Of a stretch of DNA of 64,000 nt, positions 39,001 through 54,000 are shown one piece after another. The translations under genes and the position numbers were made by a program. A model generated the notes under the pieces. The model worked only from the letters and a program-made list of their open reading frames with translations. It made no database searches and was not told where the DNA came from. Each line of letters starts with the position of its first letter. The stretch's first letter is position 1. Source of the stretch: Girardia tigrina (lineage: Eukaryota); the NCBI GenBank assembly GCA_001938485.1, contig MQRK01219574.1:62001-126000 (forward strand). Reading direction: 5' to 3'.

Positions 39001-42000
39001 TTTAATATTAATAGATAAAATTACATAAATAACTATTTGTAAGACTATGATTGGTACAAATTCAATAATTATCGAATTTCAATTATTATTAAATAGTATT
39101 ATTAAATAGATTTTTTAATTTTATTTCATTAAACAAACATAGAAATTCAATTTTTATTTAATAATAAATGTTTTACATTAATACAGCTTTATTTTTCAAA
39201 TTGTGAATGGTAATTAACATGTTACAGTGCGGCAGTAGACAACAGTAACTAGTAAAAATCCAATTTTATTTTTATTATTTCATAATTTAATGTCACAAAA
39301 AAAACTATTTATATAAATTTTTATCAAACATTTTTCATTGAATGAAGTTGTTTTTTCTTCTATTTTTGGAAATAAATTATAATAAAACAGATATTTTACA
39401 ATAATTATTTTTTTATTTCTTCATTTTAGTTCTGTTTTTCTTATACTTAATACAATATTTCAGACTTGGATTCACATTTATATACCTTCATGCCTAAGAG
39501 GAGTTAGTTAATTTTCTTTTCGCTGACAAAATTTTAATAATTTAAAAACGATGAATTTTAAAACATAATTATAAAAATAATTTTAACATTATTTTAAATT
39601 AAGTTTGATAATATAATTGAAATAAATTATAATTTAAAAAATATATAATTTTTTATAAATAATAATTTGAGCTTTAAATAATTTTTAATATTTTAATTGA
39701 TTGAATAAATCGATTTTAGAATATAATATTTTTTATAGTTTTAAAGTAAATATTATTTAAAATAAATAGGATTAAATTAAAATCGAATTAAATATTATTC
39801 TTAAGCTTGAGTTTTTTTAAAAATTAATCAGAATTTGAAAATAAAAACAAAAATATGCAAATTTATTATTAAAATGAAACTGAAAATTTAATTTTAATAA
39901 AAATTATTTATTGTTACTGATAATATTGACATAACTAACAATGCTAATGTATGTATATAAATATGAATATATGTCTTCAAAATATGAAGCTATCGAAAAT
40001 ACTATAATATGAAATTTATAACTGTCTAGTAACTCTTCAGAGACATCTGAAACATAAGATGAATGAATGATCTGTTTTATAACGTTGTCTTAGAGCTCTT
40101 TTAAAACATTTATAAACATGCGGTGGTAGGTTTAAAAAACAACAACTAATAATAACATTAAGGACTGCAATTTCCAATTCTATCCTTATTGTTTTCAGAT
40201 TAATATCATAATGCCAAACTTTAATTTTTTAAAGTATTTTCTGATGTTTCATCATTCTTATCAGGAAGTAAAGCATAAATAACAGTGTGGGTATGTACAG
40301 ATTCATGGTTACTCATCATTTTGGAGCTAAATTGTGAATTTATCATGAAAAATTTCCTATATTTTTTTGTTTTTTTTATTTTTTAGTAAGGCTGGGTTTG
40401 ACAGTATTTGACCTTTGAACATTTTTTCATTTTGAAAAACACTTTTTGGAGTCATACACATTTTTAAGAATTTAGAAATAATGAGAAGAGTATTAATTTT
40501 TCTAAAAGATAATTTTTTCCTGATCAAGTCTCTATAAGTCAGAATAAAAGCAATTTTTACCATTTTTTGCTATAAAACCATATCTAAATTACATAAACTT
40601 ATGCAAAAGATGTAAACTATCCAAGTTATCCACGACCTTAGTCGAATCGACCGTTATTCGAAACGACCGGCCATCCCATATCTCATCTGTTCTTAGAACT
40701 ATCCTTCTACAACCTTACATTACAACATAGAAAGTATCTCGAGGAATTTATAAAAATCGAAATCTTGTAGTTAAATAGAAAGTAAAATGTTTTTTTAAAA
40801 ATATAAAAGAAATAAAATATAAAGCTCTTTAAAATAAAAATTAAAGTACTTTAAATATATATCTAAATTCTTTAATATCAATCTTAACAAATTCACGTTC
40901 GAATCACTTATCATAGAAAGTTCGAAGCCTAAGAAAGTACGAAAATATCAACATAGAGTTCAAGAGTTCAAAACTTGAGCGTCAACTTGAAATATAAATA
41001 TGCATAGTTGTTATAAAGATAAATTGATGCACAACTATTAAATTATAATACGCTTAATTATACATAATTACGATCACTTCTTAACGCATATCGGTATTTT
41101 CTTTGAAATGTCAGAAAATTTTCGCAACTAAAAATTCTTCAATTATTTGGCATTATTCACTGAAGATAATCAGATTCAATAATTGTCTTAGATATTTTTC
41201 AAAGAAGAAGATCGGGGAATTACGGCGAATTTGAGAAGAGGAGAGAATATTGCTAATGATAATTTTATTTTTTTGCTAAATATCGATTTAGTATTTGGAG
41301 AAAAAACATAATTTTATTGAGTTAATTAACATTTAAAGATGGAAATAAAAATTAATATTAAATTTTTTTTAAAAAAATTACATTTTAATATAACTTAATG
41401 AAAATCAAATAAGCTCAATTTCGTTGGATGTTGATACCGAAATCCAAATTTTTGTGGTTTCTATGCAAAAAATATGAATCCTAACGGTTTTTATACTTCC
41501 GCTACTGAAGCTACGTGCGACGTGACACTAAATCCATCTAATCATTTCTTTAATATGAATATTTCAAAAAAATAAATAACAAAAGTATAGATTGTTTAGT
41601 TTAGGCTTATAACTTTCAATTTATTGAAATATTTAACAATTTCATATAATATTTCTAGTTTAGAACAACTGAAAAAGAATTATATTTTATTTAAAGACGC
41701 AAGTGTTAAAAAAAGTCTTCTCATCTAAAAACCTATTTGTGAATGATATTTTGAGTTTTTTAGGATTTCAGGGCAATTTGAAAATTTTGAATATTTAATT
41801 TTTTAAAATATAAAATATTTAAACTCCAATATATAATTAAAATGCAGTGTACAAAATACATCTAAGTTAAAATAAAAAAACAAGTTGTAGTACCCATTAT
41901 TGTAAAAACTGTGACACTAACAAATTCATGTTTTTTAACTTATATTCTTTAATTGTTATTAAAACCGTTATGCGAATTGGAATAAAATTCAAAGTGGACT

Positions 42001-45000
42001 AAAAATAGAAATCAAAATCCAATTTCAACAATTAATTAAATTGAACTTATAAATATTTTTGTTTGAATATTATAAATTTAATTTTAAGTGGATTTCTTAT
42101 GAATGTTTTTTTTACAAAATAAATATTTAAAATATTTATCATCTTTTTATTCATGATTGATTTTTCCTGCGAGTCGATGAATCCACAAAATGGCCGCCGC
42201 TTTACAAGTGTTTCTTTAATTAAATTATAATAAATAATTAAAGTTAAGTTATTTTAACAAAATAAAAAATTAATTATTAAAGCTAAGTTTAAAATCAAAA
42301 ATTAAGTTTAACGTAAGGTTTTTAAAATCCAGAATTAGTTATTTTACAAATAATTAAAACTAAGTTTTAACGTAAAAGAAATCCAAAGGAATAAATTGTT
42401 AAAGTTAAGTTTAAAATCAAGAATTCAGTTACAAATAAATTAAAATGCAAATAATGGAATTTTAAAATATTAAGCATACGAAAATTTTGTAAATACGTTG
42501 AAAAAGTATTAATAAAAAAAATTAATTTAAGATAAAATTGTAAAAAACACATAACTTTCAATTTTATGTAAAAACGTAAAATGCCGAATAAATAATTATT
42601 CACAAATTAAAATCGGTTTATGTTTATATTTATATTTAAATGTTGATATCTGGTTTATGCCTAATTGAAAATATTGTTCCTCATAAATTTGTTTAAAAAT
42701 TGTTATATTGTTGTAGCAATAAAAAAAAGTTGTATCATGAATTTTGATATTAATCTCGAACCCAATAGAGTTATTTAATTTGTTTATCATTTCTAAAAAT
42801 CCTTTTTCTAACTATGAAAATAATAATTTCCCACATATTATTATATTGACCAAATAAAAATAATATGGAGTGTTGCACATATTTATTTTGCAACAATTGA
42901 TCCCGATCTATAAACTTTTGAAACAAATTTCATTCCTTTTTCCGACGAGATTTATGTTACATTCTAAATATAAATGACAGATTCTAGGCTGTTTAAATAG
43001 TACGAATCTAACAAAAATATGTTCTATTAAATGCAATGTCAATTAAGATCACACTGCTATCCAATATCAAATAAAAGAACTTACTGTACTAATGATAATA
43101 AATTATTCCAGTGTACATTATATTTCAGTCACCATCATTCTCGGATTAACTGGGAAATGGTAATCTAATTAGTTGGTTTATGTGACCATATAACAATATC
43201 AAATTATAAATATGTTTGGTCTTATCTCATAATTGATATTATTTTTCGGAAAATAATATTCCTATTTTAGGCGACAAAATATATTTTAACAATAAAAATT
43301 TCAATAGTTAATTATTGAGAATAAACATCGAATGTCTCTCAATAACTAAATATTGAAATATAATAACTCTGAACACTTTCAAGAAACAATTCTTTTTAAC
43401 AATGAAACGACAATACTAAATCATTTGGAGAAGAATGAAAAGAAGAAAGAAATAAATTAACATTGTTAAATTTTTAAATTAGGAGACAATGTTTAGTTAT
43501 TTTATATACCGCATATTGTGAAAGTATTGTCAGTTAACTTTGACACTAGATTTAAGGAACTTAAGCTGATATGTGGCAATGTATACATATTTGATTTAGA
43601 GATTATAATTATTGTCATTCTTTTTGTATTAATCTTTAATATTTAGAAATCTATTTGTAAATACATGCAGTAAACGTACTGAGATTTTCCTACCTTCGCG
43701 CGGGCCACCTTGACGATTAAATTGCCGAGTTAGCAAACGATTGGATGCAAACGAGAGTCTGTAAGACAGGCCTAGAATTGAATCAAAAATAAACCTTTCC
43801 TATCTCAGAATGAACGTCAAGGCCTATCCACAGCGATCAATCAAGTTCATAATTCACAGAATAGTTGTGCAGTCAAAAACTTGGTAGCAAGATTCTTGTG
43901 ATTATCAAGAGACCTTTGCTAACCAATGCAATGAAGCAGAATCCCTTTGAAAGGTGTCATGTTCTTTTTAACGACGTGAAGTTCCGTAAAGCTGGAATTG
44001 TAGACGTCTTTGAAGACGAAAAAACTTTCACGGTGGATCTATCATGGACCCGTCACAATAAACATGTCGTTCGCTTAGGGGATGATGAAATCAGTAACGC
44101 ACGAACGATTAGCAGAACAAATCATTCTGCCAGCATAATGGTACTGGGTCTGGTGCAACGAATGGAAAATTCAGTCCCAAAGTGTTCTTCACTACTGGTT
44201 ACAGACTAAATGACACAGGTTACCAACAAGCTCTGAGCCAAACTGTACTGCCGTGGTTGAAGAAATAATTTCCCGGGGAATTTTCACTTTTATCAAGACC
44301 TTGTTGTTGAAGTAATTTTTAGAGAAGAACATTGATCAGAATAAACAAGTCGGTATTCGAAATGCGAAAAATTCAATAAAAATAAAATGTTATCTTGATA
44401 AATTTTAAGCGAATTTTGAAATCTGCACCGATCCAATTTTCTACAATTAATTAATTGTAGAAAATTGGATCGGTGCAGATTTAATACAATACCAAATACA
44501 ATACCAAAAAATATAGATTGGAGAAAATGTCATGTTTTACTTACCCATATAAAAGTAATTCGTTTGGCGGTTAATCTTCATCAGACCTAATTTATCTTTT
44601 TTTGTGTAAAACAATAAAAAAATTATCTTTATTTATCCTTCTTTAATAAAAATATTATAAAATGTTAGTTACTATTTATTTGACATTTCGGTCATCAAAA
44701 ATAAATACTAACACAAATAAGTTCACAATAAATAAAAATATTAAAAAAAATTTAATGGAATTATATCACTATTTATAATACAATAATTCATATATTTAAT
44801 AAAATTACAAATTATAACTTTAATTTCCCGAAACTTTAAAACATTTTTTAATAATAAGTAGCTGTATAAAATCAGAATATTCACATTTTAATATTTTATA
44901 AAGTTTATTAATTAATTTAAAAATGTTTTAAAGTTTTGTTAATTATCTAGTATTTGTAATTTTATTACATATGAATTTTTGTAATATAAATAAATAATGA

Positions 45001-48000
45001 TATAATTTAATCGAAAAGTGTGCAAATTTAATCGTACAAATTTTGATTAAATCCAATTAAGTATTAAGAAAGTTATGATCATTTAACCCTTCCTGTACCA
45101 TGCTGTGTAACGTGTACACATTGCTTCTAATAACTTAAATATCTCTGTTAATACAATGAATTTAATTTTGATATCTTAGGTATTCCTCCGTTACATATTT
45201 ACGCATTGAATTACGAAAATAATCTATTATTTTATATTGACTTCTACCATAAGCAATGCCAATGAATATTTCGATTTATATCGATTTTAAACCGTTCGTT
45301 TCTGAATGTGTAACTACTACACAGCACGGTAACACGCGTATTTTTAACACGGTAAGGGAAAGGTTAAAGTTTATCAATTAGAGTCCTGAGAACTTTCCTA
45401 ACAACCTAATAAATATTTCTATGGACTATAGAGATTTATTTAAATTAACAGACATTATGTTCCTCATTCTACAATTCTTGCAAAGAATATCTGTTCAATG
45501 AAGGATTTCTTTTAAATATATGAAGAAGATTTTATATTGAACGATACAGTTTGACGAAAGATTCTGTGCTTTTGCTTGAATAAAAAATGTAAAATAGATA
45601 AATTAATCAACCATTGTTCTATATTACTTAAATGTTTCCATTTCGGCAAGCTTCTCCTTCAAATGATGGTTCCGCTTAAAGCTCGAAGCACTGGCAATAC
45701 TGAGACTAGTAGCACTATTCAAGGAATGATATGAATTTTGTCGACGGAGATTTTGTTCACTTCCATAGCCGGACTCACTAATTCTGTGTTGCTCAATCCC
45801 TTCAATCCACTTTTTGCGCTCAATGATCGACGATCCACGCAAATACCAAATTGAATCACCTACTCGAATCTATTGAAAATAGAAATACACTAGTCCACAG
45901 TCTTACAAACTAAAATCTCATATGTTAAATAACCAGACATGAAAGGTTAAACATTTGATATTGTTTATTAGGATAAAAATAAATGTTTCATATTCCAAAT
46001 AAATTAAAAATAGTATTGGTTAATAATGTCATTTTTAGATAAAATTTAAGATTTGTAATACTACTATTTTTTAAATATTTTATTTTAATTAATTTGTACT
46101 ATTTCATTATTGCTGGTAATAATGCAAGAAAATATAGACATAAAATAATATGAAGTATATTTTAAAAAATGCTTTAATTTATTTATAAATATATTAAACT
46201 AGCATTCGTGTGACTTAATATTGTAAAATAATCACTTTCATAGATCAGAAAAAGTCATATACATTTGAATCAAATATAAAACAAAAGAATACTTTATTAA
46301 TAATCAAACTCAATTGGAATACGTGGCGACGTCAAAAGTCCGCAGACTACTCCACTAAAATGCGAGTAATGAAATCCAAAATGCATGTATTTCTTAGGTG
46401 TGTCATAAAGATACAATCCTCCATCATCTTCAATGCACACATTCCTCCGTCTGGCTTGCTCGAAGAAGGCACTTTTATACCAGTCAGCGGACTTTTCGCT
46501 AAGGAATTATGTCACGCTTGCCTTACTTTCTCTTTGTCAGAAAATCATTTCCGTTTTAAATGCAGACTTCTGGTAGCTCAACAGGAAGAAATCGATTGGA
46601 ACCATCTCTGCTGTATTGGGGATGAAAAGCTCTACGCCACTTCATTGCACAACAGTCTGGGTCACAGCGGATTTATGCGCGGATGCAGTTTTGTAGAGTT
46701 ACCAAAGTGTCTGTCCGTATGGATTCTTCTGCAACACTCATGTCTTTTCTGGGATGTAGGTGGAGAGTGGTATTTCATTCTCTGCCAAGATATTATCCAG
46801 AAATCGAGCACCGATTTCAACATGGATGTTGGTGTTATCTTGACAGCACTGAAGTCGCTTCTTACATATGTCCGCGTTGAGAAAGTAAAGCACGAACCAC
46901 GAGCATAACTTCCTTAATCGTAGATAATGGAGCATGTTATGTAGTTTTCCATAGATAACGTTTAAGGCGTTTGCACGTTATTTCTTCGTCCATTTCCGTC
47001 CATTTCGCACCAAATGCTTTAGTTTTTCAAATTTTTTATCACCAATTTTTCGTGGTCTCCCACTCCTTTTCTTTTTGTACTCATTTGTTCTGTCGGACTT
47101 AAATTCTTCAATCTACTCGTACGTTGCAGATCGAGAGGAGACCTCTTCCTCCTAAGTCTCACTTAGTTGTCGCATTATTTCATCATATTTAATTTTTCTT
47201 AGAAGCAAAAACTTAATTACATTGTGTTTTTCAATGTCAGATACCATATTAAAGAAAATAATTGCAAAATATGTCTCACAGAATATTCAAACGTTAAAAG
47301 AAATACCACTATTTTACCTACGTAGATTTACTGCTTTCGTATAAAAATTAAGACTCATACATTATTAATAAATGGGTTTGTGTCAAATGACCGAATCCCA
47401 AAAGACCGAAATTAATTATTACAAAATTTACTATTCTAAAATACAATAAATTTAAAATAAGTTATGAGGAATATTTCAAATGTTATGTACGTCGCTGTAT
47501 GTTAGTATTATGTTATTTTTCATTTTAAATTGAGATTTTTTTTATTTTAAAATGAGTTTTTTTTTCAATTAAAATCCAGATTTTAAATGCCTTTAACTTA
47601 TAAAAATAAAGAAAATTAAACATTCTCAATTTAAAATGAAAAAACCTTATTTGATTTATGAAAATAATTTTGTAATAATTTCAGTCTTTTAGGATTTGGT
47701 CATTTGGGAATTCGGTCATGTGGGAATTCGGTAATTTGGGATACTGTCATTTGACCAGATCCCTTAATTAATATACAAGTCTATGGATTTTTTGAAATCA
47801 CCACGTAAAAAGAACTAAATCTTGAAATAGAATTATCAAAAGTCAATAATATAAACATACTTAAACTCTCAAAAGAAATAAATATTTTAAAAATATGAAT
47901 CTCAAACTATTCAGGATTAACTCACAGAATCTTTTCTCACAAAATGAACGAATGGAATCCCAAAATAGAGACGAATATATCAATTATAGGAACAAAAGTT

Positions 48001-51000
48001 TGGAGGATAGAGAAAAAGATTCTATTAAAATGTATTTTATGGAAGAAATGAATAAAAACTGTTGTATTATTACAAATGTATGAATCAAACTTATTTGCAA
48101 TTAAATCGACTTCCCTAGAATATAATTTCTGATATTTTCGATAAACAATTGGAAATAAAATTCGATAACTGAAATGGCAGTTGTTAATAATGGTTGAATA
48201 AATAAATAAAAACGATATTTTATCAAGATAAGATTAACAGGAAATTAATAAATGATGAACAAACTTTGAAAATATATTGCATGAAATTATTAAAATAATC
48301 GCCAAACATTCAAAAATTATTTTTTCGAATGTGTCAAAATAAACATTAAACATAAATAATTTTACAGTTAAACTTCTGAAATGTGCGATTTAGAGCGGAG
48401 AAATTGCAATAATTGATCTTTCCTCAAAGGTAGCTGGTCTGAAAGATGCAGTAATGTTGTCTAGTCAAGTACCCTTAAGTAAATTACTAATGTAATTCGC
48501 GACCAAAACATTGTGCATTGTCCCAGACTAAAGGTGAGCCATAATCAGGACGATCCCTTTTAATGAGTAAAATTTTACTCCACCTCACGTGTATAATTAG
48601 TTGCAATAATAAAAAGTAATGGTGCAATTATGTTATGAGTACTGGTATCAAAAATATATCATTAACATTTATCACTGTAATGGTAGAAAGCATCATATTT
48701 ACAAACCTTTTATTAATATAAAACAATTCAAATTCACATAATGCTTTCATAAATAAAGTGTGATCTTTCTTAGCAAACCAGTCATCAAAAATGTTTTGGA
48801 TGTTGTAGTGACATCCAGTCAAAAAAACATTTATATATAAATGTATATATGATTAAATATCTATAGATATAAATAATAATTATAAAATTATAAAAAAAAT
48901 CAATAACAATATGGATATCTCTATGAGCGAAATAAATACGAACATAAAAATAGTTCGATTTACCTAATAGTTTGGATTTACCTAATTAATCAAATCCTAA
49001 CAATTGTATAAAAATTGGATAATAAGTGTGATTCCTTTCGATTCCAGTTCCAGCAAATTATTTTCCGAGTACAAGAAAAATAAAAAGAAACAAACAAAAT
49101 CAACAAAACTGAGATCAACTCCCCATCCGACCCAATTGAATTACTTTTGCAGATACCAATTTCAATAAATACCTTTCCATTTTTTAATCAAAGAAAAAAC
49201 ATTTCTCTACCGTTATTTTTTGTCAAATTAATCATAATCATGAACAATTGCTACATACAATTGTCTCGGGATTTGAAAACAATATTAATCGTCCTGTACC
49301 ATAACAATTTGAATTCGTCGAATCTCTTTCCGCCTTGCCACAATCGGTAGTTATCATTAATATAGTTTGTTGAATTTAAGTTTAAGTTATATTTTTATTT
49401 ATTTAAACATATCGTTAAAAGAGTTCATTGAAACATACGTTTCAGTTAGCTCTTTTACAGATGTCATAAATATCAGTAAAATGCATGTCTCTTTTCAAGG
49501 GCTTAAATAAAAGGGTAGATGATAATTGAATGTAAATCCGCCGTCTTTGGTAGATTAAGAAGCACCATTAGAAGAATGCATTTGATTATTGTTAGCAAAC
49601 AGCAATTTTTTCAAGTTTCATTCCTTTATTCTTTTTTTCCTGTATTCTTTCAACAATGCTACATAGATTTGACTAATATAAGATATTAAAGGCATGTAAA
49701 CGGTATTGATAACACCTGTTCCTTTCAAGAACACAGACAGCATCAAATAATTTTTATACAAGAGTCCAGATTTCAACTTCAACTAAGTTTTTTTTATCAA
49801 TCTTTCACTCAATTATGTACCCTTTTTTCTGATAAATAAAGGTTCAGAAGAGATCCAACCATATGTAATTATGTTTGAAATGATCACCATAACGGTTCAT
49901 TTCGAACACACTGCTGTTCCACCCACTTTCTCTCCCTCTCGCACATACACACTCCTACACAAGGTCATTTATAATTGTATACTTATTTAATAAGAATAAG
50001 ACATTCTTTTGTTCTTAGCCCTTTAAATCCAGAGTACATATTTGATGTAAGAATTTTTGAGGAAAAATAAATATGTTTTATTGTACACCCACATTTTCTT
50101 AGGTTATACTCAGATGGAAACGCTAAAAAACCCTGATATTTGTGATGGTAATAAAAGTATCGAAAATCATATTAGTGTTCTTAATGTTAAGATTTGTTCT
50201 GGATTATTGTTATCCCTTCCATCATTGAATTTGAGCTTGAATCGAAGATACAAATTAGCAAAATCCTAATGATTTCCATTTCTGCAAAAGCATTTCAGTC
50301 AAACTGCTTTTTCCAAGGAATACATTGATTATTTTTAAAAGTAAATAGTAAATTCTTATTTAAATGTACCTTATTTGTCAATTAACGAAAACATTCAATG
50401 CGTAATTGAAAATTAGTAATTTAATGTACGAAATTCATTCAGTTCTTTGAAGAAATTCTTTACGTGAAACATGAACCAGCTATTTTATCAATAAGGTCGT
50501 CACATGAATTGACCAAAATAGACTATTTCAAAGTCGGAATTTAAGTCACATTGTTAAAAAGTATAGATGAATTTTATCCACAGAACCACTTGAAATGGAG
50601 CCAAGTTACGAATCAAACATCATTTAAAAACCAAAGGTCTTCATGCCACAACTCGAATAATATTGACAAAAATGCTCGTGACTTGAGATTGTAAATTGTG
50701 ATTTATGATTATAATAATTATTATAATTAACAATAAGTTGCATAAATCTTTCAGATTGACTGTTGTTTATTACATTATACTATATTTAGATCTTTCCTGT
50801 AAAGAAGGTCTACATTTCTAAAATATATTTATTATTATAGATACAAGTAGATTCATGAAATTATTTGTATAAATTCAATATCTTTATAAAGTGTAAAGCT
50901 AAAGCAGTGATTTTAAGATCAAAATATTAACAACACTTTATTATTATTGAACGTTCAAAATTTATTTACTCTAGCACTTGAATAATGTTTTCTGAGTTGA

Positions 51001-54000
51001 TCAATCTTACTAATAATCCTCGGGAATGTGTGGATTACGTTCGCTGGTTTGGCTGAACTTATTGACATTTTGTCTGGTTGGAAGATTATTTATATAATTT
51101 TATTGCTTCTATTAATGTTTTGTACCCGAATGCAACGTATTTTGGCTTTATAAAATACAATATAACCGATGAAGGACCTACGAAATTCGATTACAAGTGG
51201 ATTATATCGATTATGATTATGAAGTAGACATTTTTGTGAAATGGCCGAATTTATTTTTGATTTAATGTATCCTTAAGTTTTTATTTTGTTTAGCTTATTA
51301 AAAGTATGAGGAGGTAATTAATTTTTGGTGCGCTGATCAAAATTTAAATAGTTTTAAAAAAGATTATTTTCATTTAAAATCAAATTGAAAATTTTAAAAA
51401 TTAATTTGAATTTAAAAAAAAACATTCTTAATTAAAAAACATTCATTAAAAAACAACGCAAAATTAAAAAAACAGCATATAAGATTTCAGTTGAAAAACA
51501 AAATTATAAAAACAGAATATAAAGGTTACAATAAAAAAAACATGTTTAAACATTAAATATTTATTTTTTTAAAAAAATTTTAATACATGTAAAATCATTT
51601 TGATAAATATTTTTGTTTAAAATTTAAAAAAGTTGAATGTTGTTTTGACTTAATTAAAATTATAAGTATATGAAAAATTATTTGAAGATAGAGATCAGTG
51701 GATTAATTCTTAATTTGGAAAATTTGTTTGAAAGTTGTTTTATAATAAAGATATAATTTGAGTACAATGAATTCTGATATTGACATCACAAACACGTCTC
51801 ACAAAAAGCTTATTTACTTGTTATAAAATGAATACAATTGTATACAAATAATTACAACTGCCGGATAGTAATTATCGACACGGCGCATTAACGAGGACGG
51901 CAGCAATTTTCAGTTTTCTACAATCTCATAATAATAATAATAATTTTCTGAAATAATTTAGAGGTTTCTGTCATTTATTTCCCAGCAAATAAATTCTAAA
52001 GAAAGACATTTAATCATCGCTCAATTGTTTCTATTGAAAGATGTCTATCAGCAATTGTTTAGGCCGATGAAACACGTTCCTTCTAAACGTCTTTATATAT
52101 CATAATTTGTTTAAATTTCAATAATTATATTTTGATAATTTATTAAAACTTTTTTTCTGACACATTTTCGAGGATGATATTGCTATTAAAACAAAGTGAA
52201 TGTGTGATTATTTACCGATCAGATGGAATGATATTTTCAATAAATAACATTTAATTTCAATTCATGAATGTGAAATGTATTGGTGTTGAGTTATGCCGAT
52301 TTGGAATTTGGATGTGAAATTGTTCTCTGTGCTTACATAGACAGTCATGGTCAAAAGATGGGAATCAAAGTGAAAAGCATATTTTAACATATAATATATA
52401 AACGTTATGGCGAATTCGTGTATTCGACAACCGACTTACCCAATTCATGAACTAGTCAATTTCTGCCGATTCGACTAACTATATGAAAAATTTTCATTTT
52501 AATATGAAAATTTCTCAATTTAAAATGAAAGATTATGTATTTAACATGAAAAAATATCAATTTAATATCAAAAATTCATTTAAACATTTTTTCATTTTAA
52601 ATACAGAATTTTCCATATTAAATGTTAATATCAATTTCATAATTGAATTAAAAAGTTTTGCAAAAACATTGCCGAGCGTGAATTCGGCAAGTCGGTTGCC
52701 TAATTCGTGAATTCGGCAATTACAAAAATTTGGTATAACATAAATAATATAACAAGAATTGCTTAATGTTAGTATTTTCTCTGTCAACCATAGTCATGAG
52801 GTAAACCTCCAAACGTTCAGACAGAGCGAACTAATTTTTGTAGATAATCAGTGAAAATTTCTTGTGTCTAGACAATATTGATTTTGTTCTTGAGATTATA
52901 TAAGCTTCGATCACGACTTTTCAGATGATTTCAGCAGTTTTCAATAGGATTGAAGTCTGGCAAGGGGCCCAGAATCTCAATTCTTTCGTAAAGCAACTAT
53001 TTGGAAAACAAGAAAAACATATTAACGAACAGTCATATCATGCTCAAAACAGTAATAATCTGAATTTTTGATGCAAAATTAACAGGTACACACTGTTATT
53101 AATAGTGGTATTATGTAGCATAAACCAAAGTCAACATCGATACTTAGCTGTAGTGGAACCCCATATCATTACTTTTTCAAGATTATGATCCTTCAGTAGA
53201 ACATATTTGGGATTGCACCTCTCCTAAATGGACATCTGACTATACGTAAACGTTATCAAAATGATTCATTTGAAAAGATTACATTTTCGCAATCTTCTAC
53301 TGTCTTATGACGATACTTTTAAAAAAACGTTACATGATCTTGAATATTCTTTTGTCTTCATTTGGGCTTTTATGCTAGTTTTCTGCTTGTGAGATGTAAA
53401 ATATCCTTTAGTCGACGTTGAATAGTAGGAAGAGTAGGTGAAGAAGAATCTGGAAAACATCGTTTTTTATTTCAGAATTAGAAGAAAATAGGTAGACCTT
53501 AGCATATCTGCTAATACTAGTATCTTTTCTAAATATCGTTACCATGGGTCTTGCAGCTCATAATTTACTGTTATAATGGTCCTCAAAGTTTTAACACAAC
53601 TCTTACTGATGTTTATAAGCATTAATGTCTCTTGTGATATAACCTTCTTCTCTTAAAATAGCAATTTGTGCTTTTTATTCTGATGAAACTTTACACTTTA
53701 CATCAATTTTGAACAATACTCTATCTGAATTTGGAGTAAAAAAAGCTAATAAGGCCAATTGAGATAACTTAAACAAATCAATGTTAAATAAAAAATATTT
53801 TCAGCATAATTAAACATAGCAATTATATTTTACTGCATTTTGTAAGTGATCAACATTTTTTTGTAATTTTTAATTTTAATTCCGAAATTTTGGCCATGAC
53901 TGTAAATACACGACAAAAGGTCGCTTGATAAAAATAATCATTGCCTTAAAGATTTTCGAAAATATGTATCATCAATATTTATTTCTAAATAGCTTCATGA

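Noticed and set aside
46360-46908. 182-aa plus-strand ORF
   Set aside because: Antisense shadow of a decayed minus-strand mariner transposase; no recognisable motif
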